This document shows, in pieces, positions 1-12,790 of a stretch of DNA of 64,000 bases (the stretch's first letter is position 1; the number at the start of each line of letters is the position of its first letter). The DNA comes from Octopus bimaculoides (Eukaryota). A model generated the notes under the pieces. The model was not told where the DNA came from. It was given only the letters and a program-made list of their open reading frames with translations, and made no database searches. Both the position numbers and the translations under genes were made by a program. Where the stretch lies: positions 10,659,486-10,723,485 of the forward strand of contig NC_068990.1 of NCBI RefSeq assembly GCF_001194135.2, in the 5' to 3' direction.

Positions 1-44
1 ATTTACACACACAAACATATATATATATATATATATGTATACCT

Positions 45-480
45 CAGCCAGTATGAGCCAGTGTGTTGAATGATCCTATTTACCAACCTAGGTATGTGTG
101 AATTGTTGCCTTTATTATAATGATCGTCGTTCCTCTCAACTTCGATCTCCACCAGCATGCTCTTCCAAATTAAACAGAAATCATGTACACCAGTGCGAAT
201 GATTGTTGCGGCTTTTGCGTTGGTCGATGCATTTAGAAAATCCAAATATATCACGACTTCTTTTCAAAATTTGATCCTCGCTTTTTACAAATGATCATAT
301 ATTTGCAGCAGTTATTTAAAGGAATTGGTGATATGAACGAGAGAAATTGTACTGATTAGCAATTAGGTTATTCTTCTTTGAAACGCACATAGTCCGTGTG
401 TTATGATAATGCTTTGTGTTACATTACATACAGGATAACGTCGGCGATTGAGTTACATTTCTCGCATTTTTTGTATTGCT
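45..480 (-). mobile_element. Decayed non-LTR retrotransposon RT fragment (CR1/L2/Jockey-type)
   Basis: Minus-strand hand translation gives NNLIANQYNF (cf. NNLLSxxQHGF), VIYLDFLNAST (cf. VIYLDFxKAFD) and GVHDFCLIW (cf. GIxGxLLxWI), in canonical RT order with frameshifts and stops. Confidence 0.55.
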
Positions 481-786
481 GCTAATGAATAGAGTCAATG
501 CCTTTGTTTGTAATTTCGGAAGCTTACTAATTCACATGAACCCATTCAACCATATCTGAATCACTTTTTCTTCTGACTTCCTCCGTATTATTATGTTGAT
601 TCAGTGAACCGGGAATAAGTATTGCTGAGTTCAGCTTAATTTTATCAAGGATTACCGTAATATGCGTGAGCGTGTGTGCGTATATGGGTGTGTATATGTA
701 TGTACGTATGTATGTATATCTATCTATCTATCTCGGCAAGGAAGGCTCGAAGTTAAAATTTATACCTACCTACCTACATACATACG

Positions 787-853
<67 letters not shown>

Positions 854-1315
854 NNNNNNNNNNNNNNNNNNNNNNNNNNNNNNNNNNNNNNNNNNNNNNN
901 NNNNNNNNNNNNNNNNNNNNNNNNNNNNNNNNNNNNNNNNNNNNNNNNNNNNNNNNNNNNNNNNNNNNNNNNNNNNNNNNNNNNNNNNNNNNNNNNNNNN
1001 NNNNNNNNNNNNNNNNNNNNNNNNNNNNNNNNNNNNNNNNNNNNNNNNNNNNNNNNNNNNNNNNNNNNNNNNNNNNNNNNNNNNNNNNNNNNNNNNNNNN
1101 NNNNNNNNNNNNNNNNNNNNNNNNNNNNNNNNNNNNNNNNNNNNNNNNNNNNNNNNNNNNNNNNNNNNNNNNAATAAATAAATATATAAAGTATATCTAT
1201 GATTATTTAAAAAGGTTTGAGATAATACAGTTCTATATTTAAGAGATGAGAAATTATGTACAGTATTTACATTATTTAAATTTGACGGGTATTTGTCCTC
1301 GTGTTGTTTGTTGTT

Positions 1316-1361
1316 AACACAACGTTTCAGCTGATATAGCCTCCACCCTTTATCAGGTGTC
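1316..1361 (-). ncRNA. Type-I minimal hammerhead ribozyme motif, degenerate (G8A)
   Basis: Minus strand: GACAC-CUGAUAA-agggugg..cagcu-GAAACGUU-GUGUU. Stem I is GACAC/GUGUU, and the ACGU stem III is palindromic as in PLE minimal HHRs. Confidence 0.65.
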
Positions 1362-1433
1362 TTGGGGAAATTTCGAACCTGGGATCTCATTCGTTTGGTA
1401 TTTTTCGATGTCATTATTGTTATTATTTTTATT

Positions 1434-1464
<31 letters not shown>

Positions 1465-1480
1465 TCATTATTATTATTAT

Positions 1481-1556
1481 TCAAGTCACTGGCTGGAATC
1501 GAACTCGGAATCTTGGTGCCAGTAGCCCGTGCTCTTAATCACTACGCCACATGCCC
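1481..1556 (-). promoter_or_regulatory. tRNA-derived SINE head with internal Pol III A and B boxes
   Basis: The minus strand reads GGGCATG-TGGCGTAGTGA (A-box-like, + 1539-1549) ... GAGTTCGATTCC (B-box, + 1495-1504). It has no convincing acceptor stem or canonical anticodon arm, so it is not called as a tRNA gene. Confidence 0.8.
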
Positions 1557-1650
1557 GTGGGCCACGGGCTTATGACCTGAATAATAATAATGACAACAAC
1601 AACAATAGTAATAGTAATAATAATAATAGTAATAATAATAATAATAACAA

Positions 1651-1725
<75 letters not shown>

Positions 1726-1793
1726 TAATAATAACAATAATAACATAAAAAAAATATCTTAGGAATGAGATCCAAGGTTCGACATTTCCTCAA

Positions 1794-1839
1794 GACACCC
1801 GATGAAGGCTGGTAGTTATATCAGCCGAAACGCTGTGTT
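1794..1839 (+). ncRNA. Type-I minimal hammerhead ribozyme motif, degenerate (U4C; cleavage triplet GCU)
   Basis: GACAC-CCGAUGA-a-GGCUG(guaguuauau)CAGCC-GAAACGCU-GUGUU. Stem II is a perfect 5 bp and stem I is GACAC/GUGUU. Confidence 0.7.
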
Positions 1840-2662
1840 AACAACAAACAAGTTGAGGACAAATATCCGTCAAATGTAAATAATGTGAATAAGGTTTGAG
1901 ATATCATACGATAGTTTCATGAATGTATTACCTTTTGAAATGAAATCCAAAATTGATAATCATTATTAGGTAATTCATCCACCCGTCACGGAAGGGATGG
2001 ATTTCCGTTTAGTGAATCGATTCAGAGAGATGCTATTTAAAATCGTATGATAAAGGTGTGGTTTAATATAGGAAATAACTTTTTAAACAAAACCTTTAAC
2101 ATTCATCAAACGATCGTAAGATATCTCAAACCTTTGGAAATAATCATAGTTATACTTTATATACTTATTTATTAATTAAATACTATTTACATTATGGATG
2201 TATCTGATCTGTGATATTTATCTTGTAATTTTTCCTTCTTTTATTTTCTAATTTATAATCGCTTAAATTGAATCTCTAAATATCTTTTAGATTTTAGACA
2301 TTTCTCATATTAAGAGCACTAATTTGAAATCAAGTACACCTTATTCTCAAAGGATGTATTTCATTAATTGTATACATATTTTCATATGCAATTTATAATA
2401 GAAATTTTAAGTAATATTTCAAAAGTCATCTCTTTACGTTGTGCTTAGATTCTAAAGATTGCATCATGTGTATATATTTCCCCATCCTAAAATTGATATA
2501 TGTTTATTAACTTTATGTTTTCTGTAAGAACAAAAATTATATGTAGGAAGCCGTAACATCTTCTTTACACTTCTTCGAAACTTTTCCCTAATTGGACGAG
2601 TTTTAAATTAACGAAAGTAGATGTAAATTCATAGGTAATATATATTTGCTTGTGTGTGTATA

Positions 2663-2872
2663 TACTCTTTTACTCTTTTACCTGTTTCAGTCATTTGATT
2701 GTGGCCATGCTAGAACACTGCCTTTCGTCGAGCAAATCGACCACAGGACTTATTCTTTGTAAGCCTAATACTTATTCTATTGGTTTTTCTTTTGCCGAAC
2801 CGCTAAGTTACGGGGACATAGACACACCAGCATCGGTTGTCAAGCGATGTTGGGGGAACAAAGACAGACACA

Positions 2873-2924
<52 letters not shown>

Positions 2925-3098
2925 CATATATACGACGGGCTTCTTTCAGTTTCCATTTACGAAATCCAATCACAAGGCTTTGGTCGGCCCCAGGCTATAG
3001 TAGAAGATACTCGCCCATGGTGCCACGCAGTGGGACGGAACCCGGAAGCATGTGGATCGTAAGCAAGCTACTTACCACACAGCCACTCCTACGCCTAT
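2663..3098 (-). mobile_element. Full-length tRNA-derived SINE with internal (CA)n microsatellite
   Basis: The minus-strand head AGGCGTAGGAGTGGCTGTGTGGTAAG...GGGTTCCGTCCC is followed by a CORE-like GGCACCATGGGCGAGT segment, an internal (TG)n and a tail ending in AAAAGAGTA tandem units. Related pieces lie at 23690, 34895 and 48209. Confidence 0.85.
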
Positions 3099-4159
3099 CA
3101 AAATATATTCATATATTTGCATATAATTGATAAGGTGGTATTTCAAGTGTAGAATAGATAAGCACCGGATGAATCCTCGAATTAATCGAATTCTTGAATT
3201 CCAACATCCCTATCTAGATTAAGTAGCTGCAGGGAACAATGCACAGAAATGTAGGACAAACTATGGTAGATGACAGGAATTCACCTGTGTAAGATTTTGC
3301 GTGTACACCTACATGATAAATATATAATACTTTGCATTTGTTTCAATGATTCAGAATATGGTGAACATTATAATGCATATTATCCATGCATTATGAAGCA
3401 ATATTACATCCTGTATAAAAAAAGAAAAATATCAGAAATTGGCAAAAATATAAACAAAAATTTATATTATCACTTAACCTGAAGTTTGATATACGAGTTA
3501 CATTCAAGCGAAAATCGACGAGCATTTTACTTAGGAGGGCGATTGTAAATTTCTGTAGTTATTGGCAACATATTCATGTTATACACTTGTGATAAATGCA
3601 GCCATATAGAAATGCAGCTTGGAAGAACGGTATAATTAGTAACAGAGAGATGAGATGAATACAGGTACACGGAAGGAAAGAAGATAAAATAAAGAGTCAG
3701 ATGTATGTTAGTAAAATCTGATGAGTGTTATTGTGTATGGTATTGAAATAATAGTAGTATGAGCGGCTCACTCATTCATTTTCGAAAGTTTAACTTGTAA
3801 AGGAAAACTGGTAAATATAAGTATTGATGATGATGGAATAGGAAGTCCAAATGATATATATTAAAATAAAATTGGGAATAAATAACACATGAAAGAATCA
3901 CAAAAAAGTGTTATATATAATATATGTGTATGCATATGTATATAGAAGTGATATTTATAGCCACTGCAACATGACCTTTTATTCTTTTGTTAGTTAAATT
4001 CTAACGTTAATCTCTAATGCCATTTGAGTTAATATGAATAATTTTATCGTGGAGTTGTATTGTTTTCTGTGTTTCTCTTTTGTCACTCTACCCTTTCTCT
4101 ATAACTTTTCTTCATCTTTTAATAAGTTGTATACATTTTCCTCTCTTAATAATATGACG

Positions 4160-5123
4160 ATGGAATGAAAAAGAGAAAACTAAGTGTATTTTAGATACCT
4201 GTGTTTTCTTCGTTTTCAATCAAGGTACGAATGTTGCGAAAGCCACTCGAAATGTTTGTGTTCTATTACTGGAAGAGCAGCACAGGAATGTTTTTCATAC
4301 TTGAAGGAAGGGAAAATTCAACATATTCTCCGTCTTCCGACGAAAACGTTCTCCACAATGTGTTTTTCTGAATTAACTTATCTTCGAGGATGCGGAATTT
4401 TGCAGATGGGATGCTTTCTTGGTATGGTCACCCGTCACCTTCCTCTACGGAAGAGGTACAAAACTCAGTCCAAGCGTGCTACATGCTCTGAGAAAGACAA
4501 AGATACAAACTTCAATGCTCCTCTTCACTAATATGAAAAAGAGTAAACAGCTAAATCCCAACACGCTGAGAGGCCAGGCAAGCCTGAGCAGTAGACAAGC
4601 AAAACATTGATTTGTGTATTATAAGATTGGATAAACGTTAATCCGCTTCATCATGTTTAGAAAGTACTTCGTGGTTGATGCTGAGATTTCCCTTTTGCAA
4701 ATGCAACGGAACAACGAAGCAATCACGTTCAAACAATCCGAAATTCAACACGGTGTGCTTCTTTAACAGAATAATGCTCGCTCCAGCGTGTTGCAAAGGT
4801 GATGACAAATGGTGTTTATGTGATCTTTTGGGAATTTCTACAGCAATCACATACTCGTCTGATATGGTGCATTCAGATTATCAAGTTCTTTACTATTTAT
4901 TATTATTTTTGGTTGTTTTCCAAAAGTCTGCAAGACGTTTTCTTCAACACAATGTTTATAATGAATTTCTTCAATCAAGGCATTCACCGCTAAGTGGAAC
5001 AATGTGAAGTTGTGAACAATGAAAACGAATACATTAATAACTTATTTATAAGAATTGTAGATGAAAATTGACGATTATAATAAATCATGGAAATCAACGC
5101 ACAAATTTATCTGGCAACTCGAT
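4160..5123 (+). mobile_element. Decayed mariner (DD34D-type) transposon
   Basis: Fragments FVFNQGTNVAKATRNVC, SVLHAL (cf. WVPHAL), HGVLL*QNNARS (cf. HDNARPH, ~4767-4785) and YSSDMVHSDY (cf. YSPDLAPSDY, ~4851-4881) occur in order. A weak TIR-like end lies at ~5095-5123. Confidence 0.8.
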
Positions 5124-6256
5124 GTTTATCGTGTATTCCACCTCACCAGATAAGATTGTACTTATGGACGACTCTGTAGTTCTGTACGACTAGTGAACTA
5201 GACTCTTTGTGTTAGCCAATTCTGAGTTATAAGAGAACATCATCAGATTTGTCACAGGCATTTAACGACGCCTTGCCTGACGATGGATATGCAAATCATT
5301 AGGTGATGGAAAATTGAAACATAGGGTGTGACAACAATCGCAGGTAAACGATTGAACGGAAAGTTTGATTATAATATTCTTACAGAACTATGCTAGCATA
5401 GATCCAAGGTGGCGAAAATGCTGCACCAAAGACAAGAGTAATCAGTCTGTGCTACCAGCACCATTATCCATCTACAGAAGGCTGGCGAAATTCAGGAATG
5501 ATACAGTGCGCAGACTGACCTCTCATTACTTGTCCCCCATAATCGTCACAAACACGATTAAAGAAAATATTTAAGTGCTGAAACAGTGAGATGAAGTTTT
5601 CGAGAACCCCATGTAAATCTGTGTATGTCCAAAGTTCAAACATATTAAATATGATTTCTTTTCTTATCGTTAGGTATTAATTTCATTTTGGTATATTACA
5701 GTCATCAGCAAAAACTGGATATTCGGTTACTTTATCGAGCGTTAATCTCTGCATCAGAAATTATATCATGTTTACAGTTTTATTAGAGTGTATGTGTATG
5801 CTATACTGTAATCATTAGAAAAGCAATTGCATAATTATCATAAATATCTAATCATCAAAAGAAAACTAATTTACTGACGAAAAAAATTAACAACCTGCTA
5901 CCTTCGGTAGGAAGATATAGACTGACAGCCAAAGTTCAAATCACATTCTAGATTTTCCAGGAGATTGGAAGAATGTTTTGCCATTATATATTCATCATTA
6001 CAATTTCTAATATGAGATATCTAAGAGGATTTGTCGCTCCTATTAGCAAATTAATCACGTGTAATGGTGAATAAATAATACCAAAATTTTTCCAATCTCT
6101 TATTCTGATATCCAATTATTCTGCAAACCTACATTTACAATATTTTTCTCATCTTTTTGATACATCACGCAAATATAGCATAGCAATTTGTAGTCCTGGA
6201 ATAAGTAGCTGTGCTTCAAGAGGAGACAGATTCCATTATTATCATATAATATATAT

Positions 6257-6311
<55 letters not shown>

Positions 6312-6351
6312 CGTGTGTGTGTGTGTGCGTGTGCGTGTGTGCGTGTGTGTG

Positions 6352-6390
<39 letters not shown>

Positions 6391-6637
6391 TATAGATATA
6401 TATAGCTCATGGATGACAATCAGATATTCTACGTATACAATACATTGAGTAGAGTAGGGCTCAAAAGATTTTAACTTGAACGGCTACAGAAGTAAATGTA
6501 GGACTAAGCATGTTAGACAGATCAACATATAACGTACAATAAATCCATGAAATACAAAACGCTATACAAAAATGTCCTACTTACACAGAATACAAATGAT
6601 ATAGACAATTAAAGGGATTGAAGAAAAGTATTACAAA

Positions 6638-6730
6638 TCCAACAGCTGTTTCTGGTGTCTTGGTGGATACAAATAATAGCTGTACGTTGATTCCATCGTA
6701 GAATGAGACGCGACTCCGTCTTCAGGGAAA
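6638..6730 (-). ncRNA. Type-I hammerhead motif with intact core and long loop II, probably a PLE 3' end
   Basis: Minus strand: UCC-CUGAAGA-c-GGAGUC...GACACC-a-GAAAC-agcu-GUU-GGA, with a 66-nt spacer between the core halves. A KPKFN-like peptide end just upstream resembles PLE ORF termini. Confidence 0.5.
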
Positions 6731-8230
6731 ATATCTTACATTTGAGATGTTAAATTTGGGTTTTTACCTCCATGTGTTAAAGCAGTAATTTGATATTTTG
6801 ATGAATTATATTAAACAATGTTGACTGTAAACATATATAAAAGATCGTGAAGAATCTCTAAATCCAAAACCTAAGCTACACCAGATCCACTATCTGTAAT
6901 AGATTATGGGACTTTGAGAAAAACATAGACAATGAGATTTGACATGCAATTGTTGGAGACAATCTGTCAATGCTTGGCGAAAATAGTTTCTATAGCAGTA
7001 ATTCATTAAGCATTAAGCATGATGAGGAGAATGAACAACAATATTCTCTTTGTTTCGAATACGAACAGTGATGTTTTACTGTTTCTGGCAGATGGTAAGT
7101 AGAACACTATCAATTTTGTTTTCTATCTTTTTTTCCATTCATTTGTTCTCTACAACTCTCTGCTGCTTTCTTAAAATCTTCTTTATATTTTTTCAATATA
7201 TCAATTCATTCTGTCTACTGCCCCAATTATATAGTGTTCGCTGTTCTTCTACTTATCTGTTTCTTTTCACTTTTTCTATAAACTATATGCTTACAAAGAT
7301 ATTATATACACGCACACACACACACACACATACACTGACACACAAACGCACACGCACACACACACACACATACACACACACACATATATATATATATATA
7401 CATATGCATATATGTATACATACATATAAATACACATCCATTCAAATAAGTAAAATATATATATGTGTATGTATGTATGTATGTATGTATGTATGTTTGT
7501 TTGCGTAAGTTTCTGCGGATATGTGTATATTAGAGTATATTGAAAGTTAAAAAACTTAACGCAATCGTTGCTCTAAGTTGCATATTGTGGGCTTAAAAAG
7601 GAAATAAACAGAAGAGTTAGTTGAAGAAAAATGGTGAAAATATAAAATATAAACTGAAATAAAATGCACTATAATTTCGAGTATGCATAGACAGATACTA
7701 AATATCAAATGAAACATAAAAGAAACACGTGAAAATGCATAGGAAATCGAAATAAAAGCACTAAAATTATTTCAGCTGGGAATCAAAAGCAAAATATATT
7801 ACAACTTGATATTTTTGATAAACAAAGTGTTTTTTTTAGAAATATTGAGGCATTAGTGTTCCGCAATAAGAGATCACAGCTCCGCTAGTACGGATATTTT
7901 GCAAGAAGGATTGCTTAAGCCGGCCAAGCAGGTTGGAGCTATAGCGGTTGAAGGAAAAGAGATGCTAGATAAGTCTCATTGACTCACTGAGATGGTTTAA
8001 TGATGGTTGCGTCTGATACAACTCTATGCAAGAAATGCTAGAGGTCTCTATCTCTGTACTTTTCTTAGAAATAGTAGTCAAAAAAAAAATGAATGGACGG
8101 ATAAAGTATGCATGTTACGTGTGTGTATGCTCATATGTGTGTCTATATAAATATTAATGTAATTACATCTCTCTATACTCACACACACACACACAAAGAA
8201 ACAAACAAACACACACAGACACTCACACGC

Positions 8231-8272
<42 letters not shown>

Positions 8273-9087
8273 AGAGAGAGAGAGAGGCGCAATCACAAAT
8301 GTGTAACATAGAGCTTCATGCAGCTTCATGCAGCTTCATGAGAGCAGATGTAAGAACATTAACGAGGATAGTCATATACAGAAACAAACACTTCCTTAAG
8401 TATCCACCCGCCAAGAATAGAGACGATCACCGACAGGCACATTCACACGGATAAATGGTACACAACACAGGATATTCGAAAACACGAGATGATTAATTCA
8501 CAGTAGAACGTAATAGATTCAATGTACAATAAGATTTTGTAATACGAATCATGTAACATAATTTAAAAAATTAGAATCAACATCTCAGCGGACCCGAAAT
8601 ATGAAGGCTATTAATACATAATGGCTAACTAGACAGATAGATAAAGATACGTGAAAATATATGTCATTTTTATGATACATCATGCCCCCCAGATCCAAGC
8701 GATATATACATATATATATATATATATATATTCTTATTTGTTTTTCACCTATTGTATAGTTAAAATATAATTGTAAAAGACAATAATACACAGTACTAGA
8801 ATTACAAAAGAACTAAAGTGTTAGGAATATTTGTGTAAAATAAGAAAAAATAATTATGAAATATATGCTTCCAAATCGCAGAATCAAGTAATACAATACG
8901 TTTTACGATTTCATGCAATTTGAATGGCCGGCTGGATTTGATTTTGATTATATTTTAGTTGTACAGTACAGTTTATTTAACAGGTGTTCTTTAGGACATA
9001 CATCAACGGACAGGCAAACACTAACAGTTACATACATACACCCGCACGTATGCACCAGCAACACGGAAAAACTTACAAAAGCTTTGA

Positions 9088-9142
<55 letters not shown>

Positions 9143-11613
9143 ATATATATATATATANNNNNNNNNNNNNNNNNNNNNNNNNNNNNNNNNNNNNNNNNNN
9201 NNNNNNNNNNNNNNNNNNNNNNNNNNNNNNNNNNNNNNNNNNNNNNNNNNNNNNNNNNNNNNNNNNNNNNNNNNNNNNNNNNNNNNNNNNNNNNNNNNNN
9301 NNNNNNNNNNNNNNNNNNNNNNNNNNNNNNNNNNNNNNNNACATATGCCTATATGCGTATGTGTGTGTGTGTGTGTGTGTTCGTGTGTGTGTGTTTGTGT
9401 GTGTGTGTGTGGTGTATCTGAAAGACAATCAAAGCTATGTCGGGAACAATAATAATGCCATCTTTTATAACTAACGCAAAGAGAACATAGAATCTGTGAG
9501 TTGTAGATTTACGTGTATTCTTCGAAAGAAAACCTCACGTACATCAGAGCTCGAGACTTACGCCAGTGTGAATAATATACATTCATAAATTTGGCATGAT
9601 AAATATAACAATTTCTGTCTGAATATATTCTAGTACGTCAATATTTCAATTTTATAAAGCAGAATAATCACAGGTAGGCATTGTTGTACCTGTTATCGAT
9701 TTGAAGTTTAATCACAAAAGCTTAAATTTCCAGGACTTAAAAACTGATCGAAGTTCTGCAACTAAAAATGTCTTCTTGAGGGAAGAAAATCTAGCACTTT
9801 TCAAAATGAAATATCATAGCAAAATGAAAAATGCTAACAAATGAAAATTCTGACAATATGAAAAATCCTACCAAAACGAATACAAAAATGTGAGATATGT
9901 ATGCAGAAGTTGAGCTGTTGTTGAAGGCAAAAACAACTTTGTCTAACAGGAATGCTATTGCTTATGTACAAATATTTCAAAAGACTATGTAATCCCTAGT
10001 GTAGCTGGAAATATATAAAGAAAATGTAATAAGAAGTAATCGCAAACTTTCCACATTCCACATGTCAACGCATTAGGCAACAACCTATATAAAATAAGAA
10101 TGACATTAAGAAGATAATCTTAACAAAACAATGTGATTGATTAACATGAGGATGTTGCTAACATTACAAAGTTAGGAAGATAACCTTACGCAAACAATAT
10201 GTTTTATATGAAAATGTGTCGAGCGCAAAAAAATATTAGGAAAATATGCTTTTAAATCGTCTAAAGTGAAAGAGTATTTCTAAAAATATTCTCTTAGAAT
10301 AAAATGTTTATGTGAAATATTTTGCTAAAAACATGTTCCAAATAAAGCATTACGGAAAGCCTTGATAAAATTATGTACATATATATTCCTAAGAGTCCCA
10401 AGATTTAATATATTGGAATAGAAGAAATGGAAAACTTGAAGTCAATCTATCACCTAATTGTATAACGGAAGGTAAATCTTTTCAAATACGTTTTCTATAC
10501 GCTTGTCTCGGCTTCCATTTGATTTTATCTGAAATTTCATACGCTTTCATTTTATACTTTGAGTCTAATTCAAGATCACACCTTATTTGACGCGTATAAT
10601 AAAATAACATATATAATAACGTCGACGACAATGATGACGACGACGATGTTGATGATGATGAAAAGGAGAAGGATGAACGTGGTAGGATAAGATAAATACA
10701 TAAAATTAAACAAAAAAGTTCAGTGCATAAGTTTAACTTCAAAGGATAAAATCATGTAAAACGCGAAAATATGAGTGTTGCAGAGATGGATGGCTTCCAA
10801 GAAAGATATTAAGATATTCAAATGCATTTATTATTGCTTTTATTGTTTTCTATTACATTTGAACTGCATGACACAAATCTGAGTCAAGAAAGAGGATGTT
10901 TTACATAGAAAATCAAATAAAAAGAATTTCAATATAGTGCAGTTTTCCTTATTGATGTTTCCTTCTTGTTCACACATCTGATAATTTTACTTGTTTCAAC
11001 ATCAACCAAAACCTTGTTATCATTACTCGTGTGGTTACTGTTTTTTCAAAGCCTGGTTTCTTTTTGCAATATTTTAATTATTCTAATGTTAATTTATAAC
11101 ACAGACAGCAAACACACCACCCGAATCAGATAATAAAACAAGATAAATATAATTAGCAATAATATTTCCCAAAATTATGGGAGTGAAAAATACATAACCG
11201 AAATAACTAGCGTTTGTTGAGAGAAAAAAAAGTGGAATTAACAGGAACTATGTATCACATGCAAATGATATTATCGCTGATGTCAAAATAACGGTTATTT
11301 CCCTTTATATATGTATATATAACGAGACAGAGAGAGATAAAGAGGGGGGAGGTGAACAGATGAGACAGAGAGAATGTCAATATAGAAAACATTTTGTAGT
11401 GCTCAAATGATTTGAACTTATATTTCGATATCTTCACCGGGGACCAAGGTAGCAGGGTAAAGAGTGACTAAAAAGAGAATCCAAGTGAGCAGACAATAAT
11501 TAACGTAAACAAATAAAACCATAGGTCTTAATATAGAAGATATACATTTACATATATACATGTATTTTGTACATTAAAACCCAGGTTTAATCTGTTTATT
11601 TGAATCATCTTAC

Positions 11614-11659
<46 letters not shown>

Positions 11660-11674
11660 NNNNNNNNNNNNNNN

Positions 11675-11713
<39 letters not shown>

Positions 11714-12716
11714 GTATGCATGTATATAATCTGAATTGGACACAATCAACGCTATATATATTTCATCCAAAATAGAGACGAACACCAATTTACGGAGACA
11801 CTTCAGCAGCCACGAGTAGGGAATTGAGTCAAATGCATTCCTATAATCGAGCCATACTGTTGTAAGTTTCCTACGATATATTTTTTAAATCTGTAACAGT
11901 AGAACAGTTTATCAAAACTTGATCGATACATTCCCACACTCCTTTCTTCTTTTCACTGGCCTGCTCTACGTATGCATGTATGTGTGTATGTATGCAGCAT
12001 CGATGTATGTATATGTCATTGTTCAGTTTTATTTCAAGATTTCTTGCAAATAGAGAAAGGGCCGGCTTCTAACCTAGACCCAAGGCTCCTATATTGGAAT
12101 TTCAACATCAGCAACAGGGTATTTTTGCTAGTATGCATGTATGTATGTATGTATGCATGTATGTATGTATATGCAGATTTGTAAGTTTTGCTTAATGTAT
12201 GTATTCTCATGCATATAATTGCATATCTAGACATGCTAATATATACTTAAAGGATAAAGTTCTCGAACGTTTTACAGATTTTTTACAGTTGCAGTGATGG
12301 ATTGGATCTGTAGTTTCCGAATTAGCTTTCTCCTTTCCGGTTCTGAGAAGCCTAATTTCTCAAGATTGGTATTTATGCAGTGTTAGATTTTACTGACCGG
12401 AATTAAGGTTGCCTAAACTCCAAATCTCTATGAATATACACGAAATCTATGTATACTGAATCAGTGAAAAAAAGCAAAAAGATAAAAAGACAATTAAGGA
12501 AGAGATACATCATAAAGTTTCGGACGTACTCCTTCACTTTCAGAAAAGTGTATGAGGAAACTAAAATGCTTTTGAGTGCAAAAATAAAACAAACGCGGTG
12601 AAGAGGTGCATGAATACATGGCACTATGGGGAATGATTTAGTATGGTCGATGCGGCAGTTCACTATAGGAGTTTATCTTTGCCTTGTTGGAAAAAGAGGG
12701 AGAGTATTGTGTGATT

Positions 12717-12790
12717 TTGAGGGGTGCGTATATGTGTAGTGGGTTGCGTATATGTATTGAGGAGTGCTTATATGTATTGAGGTGTGCTAA
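12717..12790 (+). repeat. Degenerate 20-bp minisatellite (~3.5 copies)
   Basis: TTGAGGGGTGCGTATATGTG / TAGTGGGTTGCGTATATGTA / TTGAGGAGTGCTTATATGTA / TTGAGGTGTGCT. Confidence 0.8.

Larger units (their letters stand above)
1264..1891. mobile_element. Head-to-head fold-back (inverted dimer) non-autonomous retroelement: tRNA-like head + (AAT)n + PLE-like tail with hammerhead
   Basis: 1264-~1410 is the diverged reverse complement of ~1745-1891. The inner spacers are (TAT)n at ~1413-1480 and (AAT)n at ~1580-1743. The centre is GCCCGTGG-G-CCACGGGC (1553-1569). Confidence 0.85.

Noticed and set aside
662-1181. Long ORFs containing X runs (also near 9.0, 17.2, 23.9, 28.9, 33.9, 36.9, 45.7, 58.6 and 59.4 kb)
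   Set aside because: They are open only because N gaps and flanking (AT)n/(CA)n repeats lack stop codons, so they are assembly artefacts.
1481-1556. Possible tRNA gene
   Set aside because: A and B boxes are present, but there is no proper acceptor stem or anticodon arm, and it is embedded in a repeat; treated as a SINE head.
1212-1903. 13-bp direct repeat AAGGTTTGAGATA (1212-1224, 1891-1903) as TSD of the fold-back element
   Set aside because: The left copy lies about 40 bp outside the element boundary and the similarity does not extend, so it is not a classical TSD. It is kept only as a curiosity.
5277-5330. CTGACGA...GAAAC hammerhead-like spacing
   Set aside because: No stem II or adjacent stem I pairing, and no NUH triplet.
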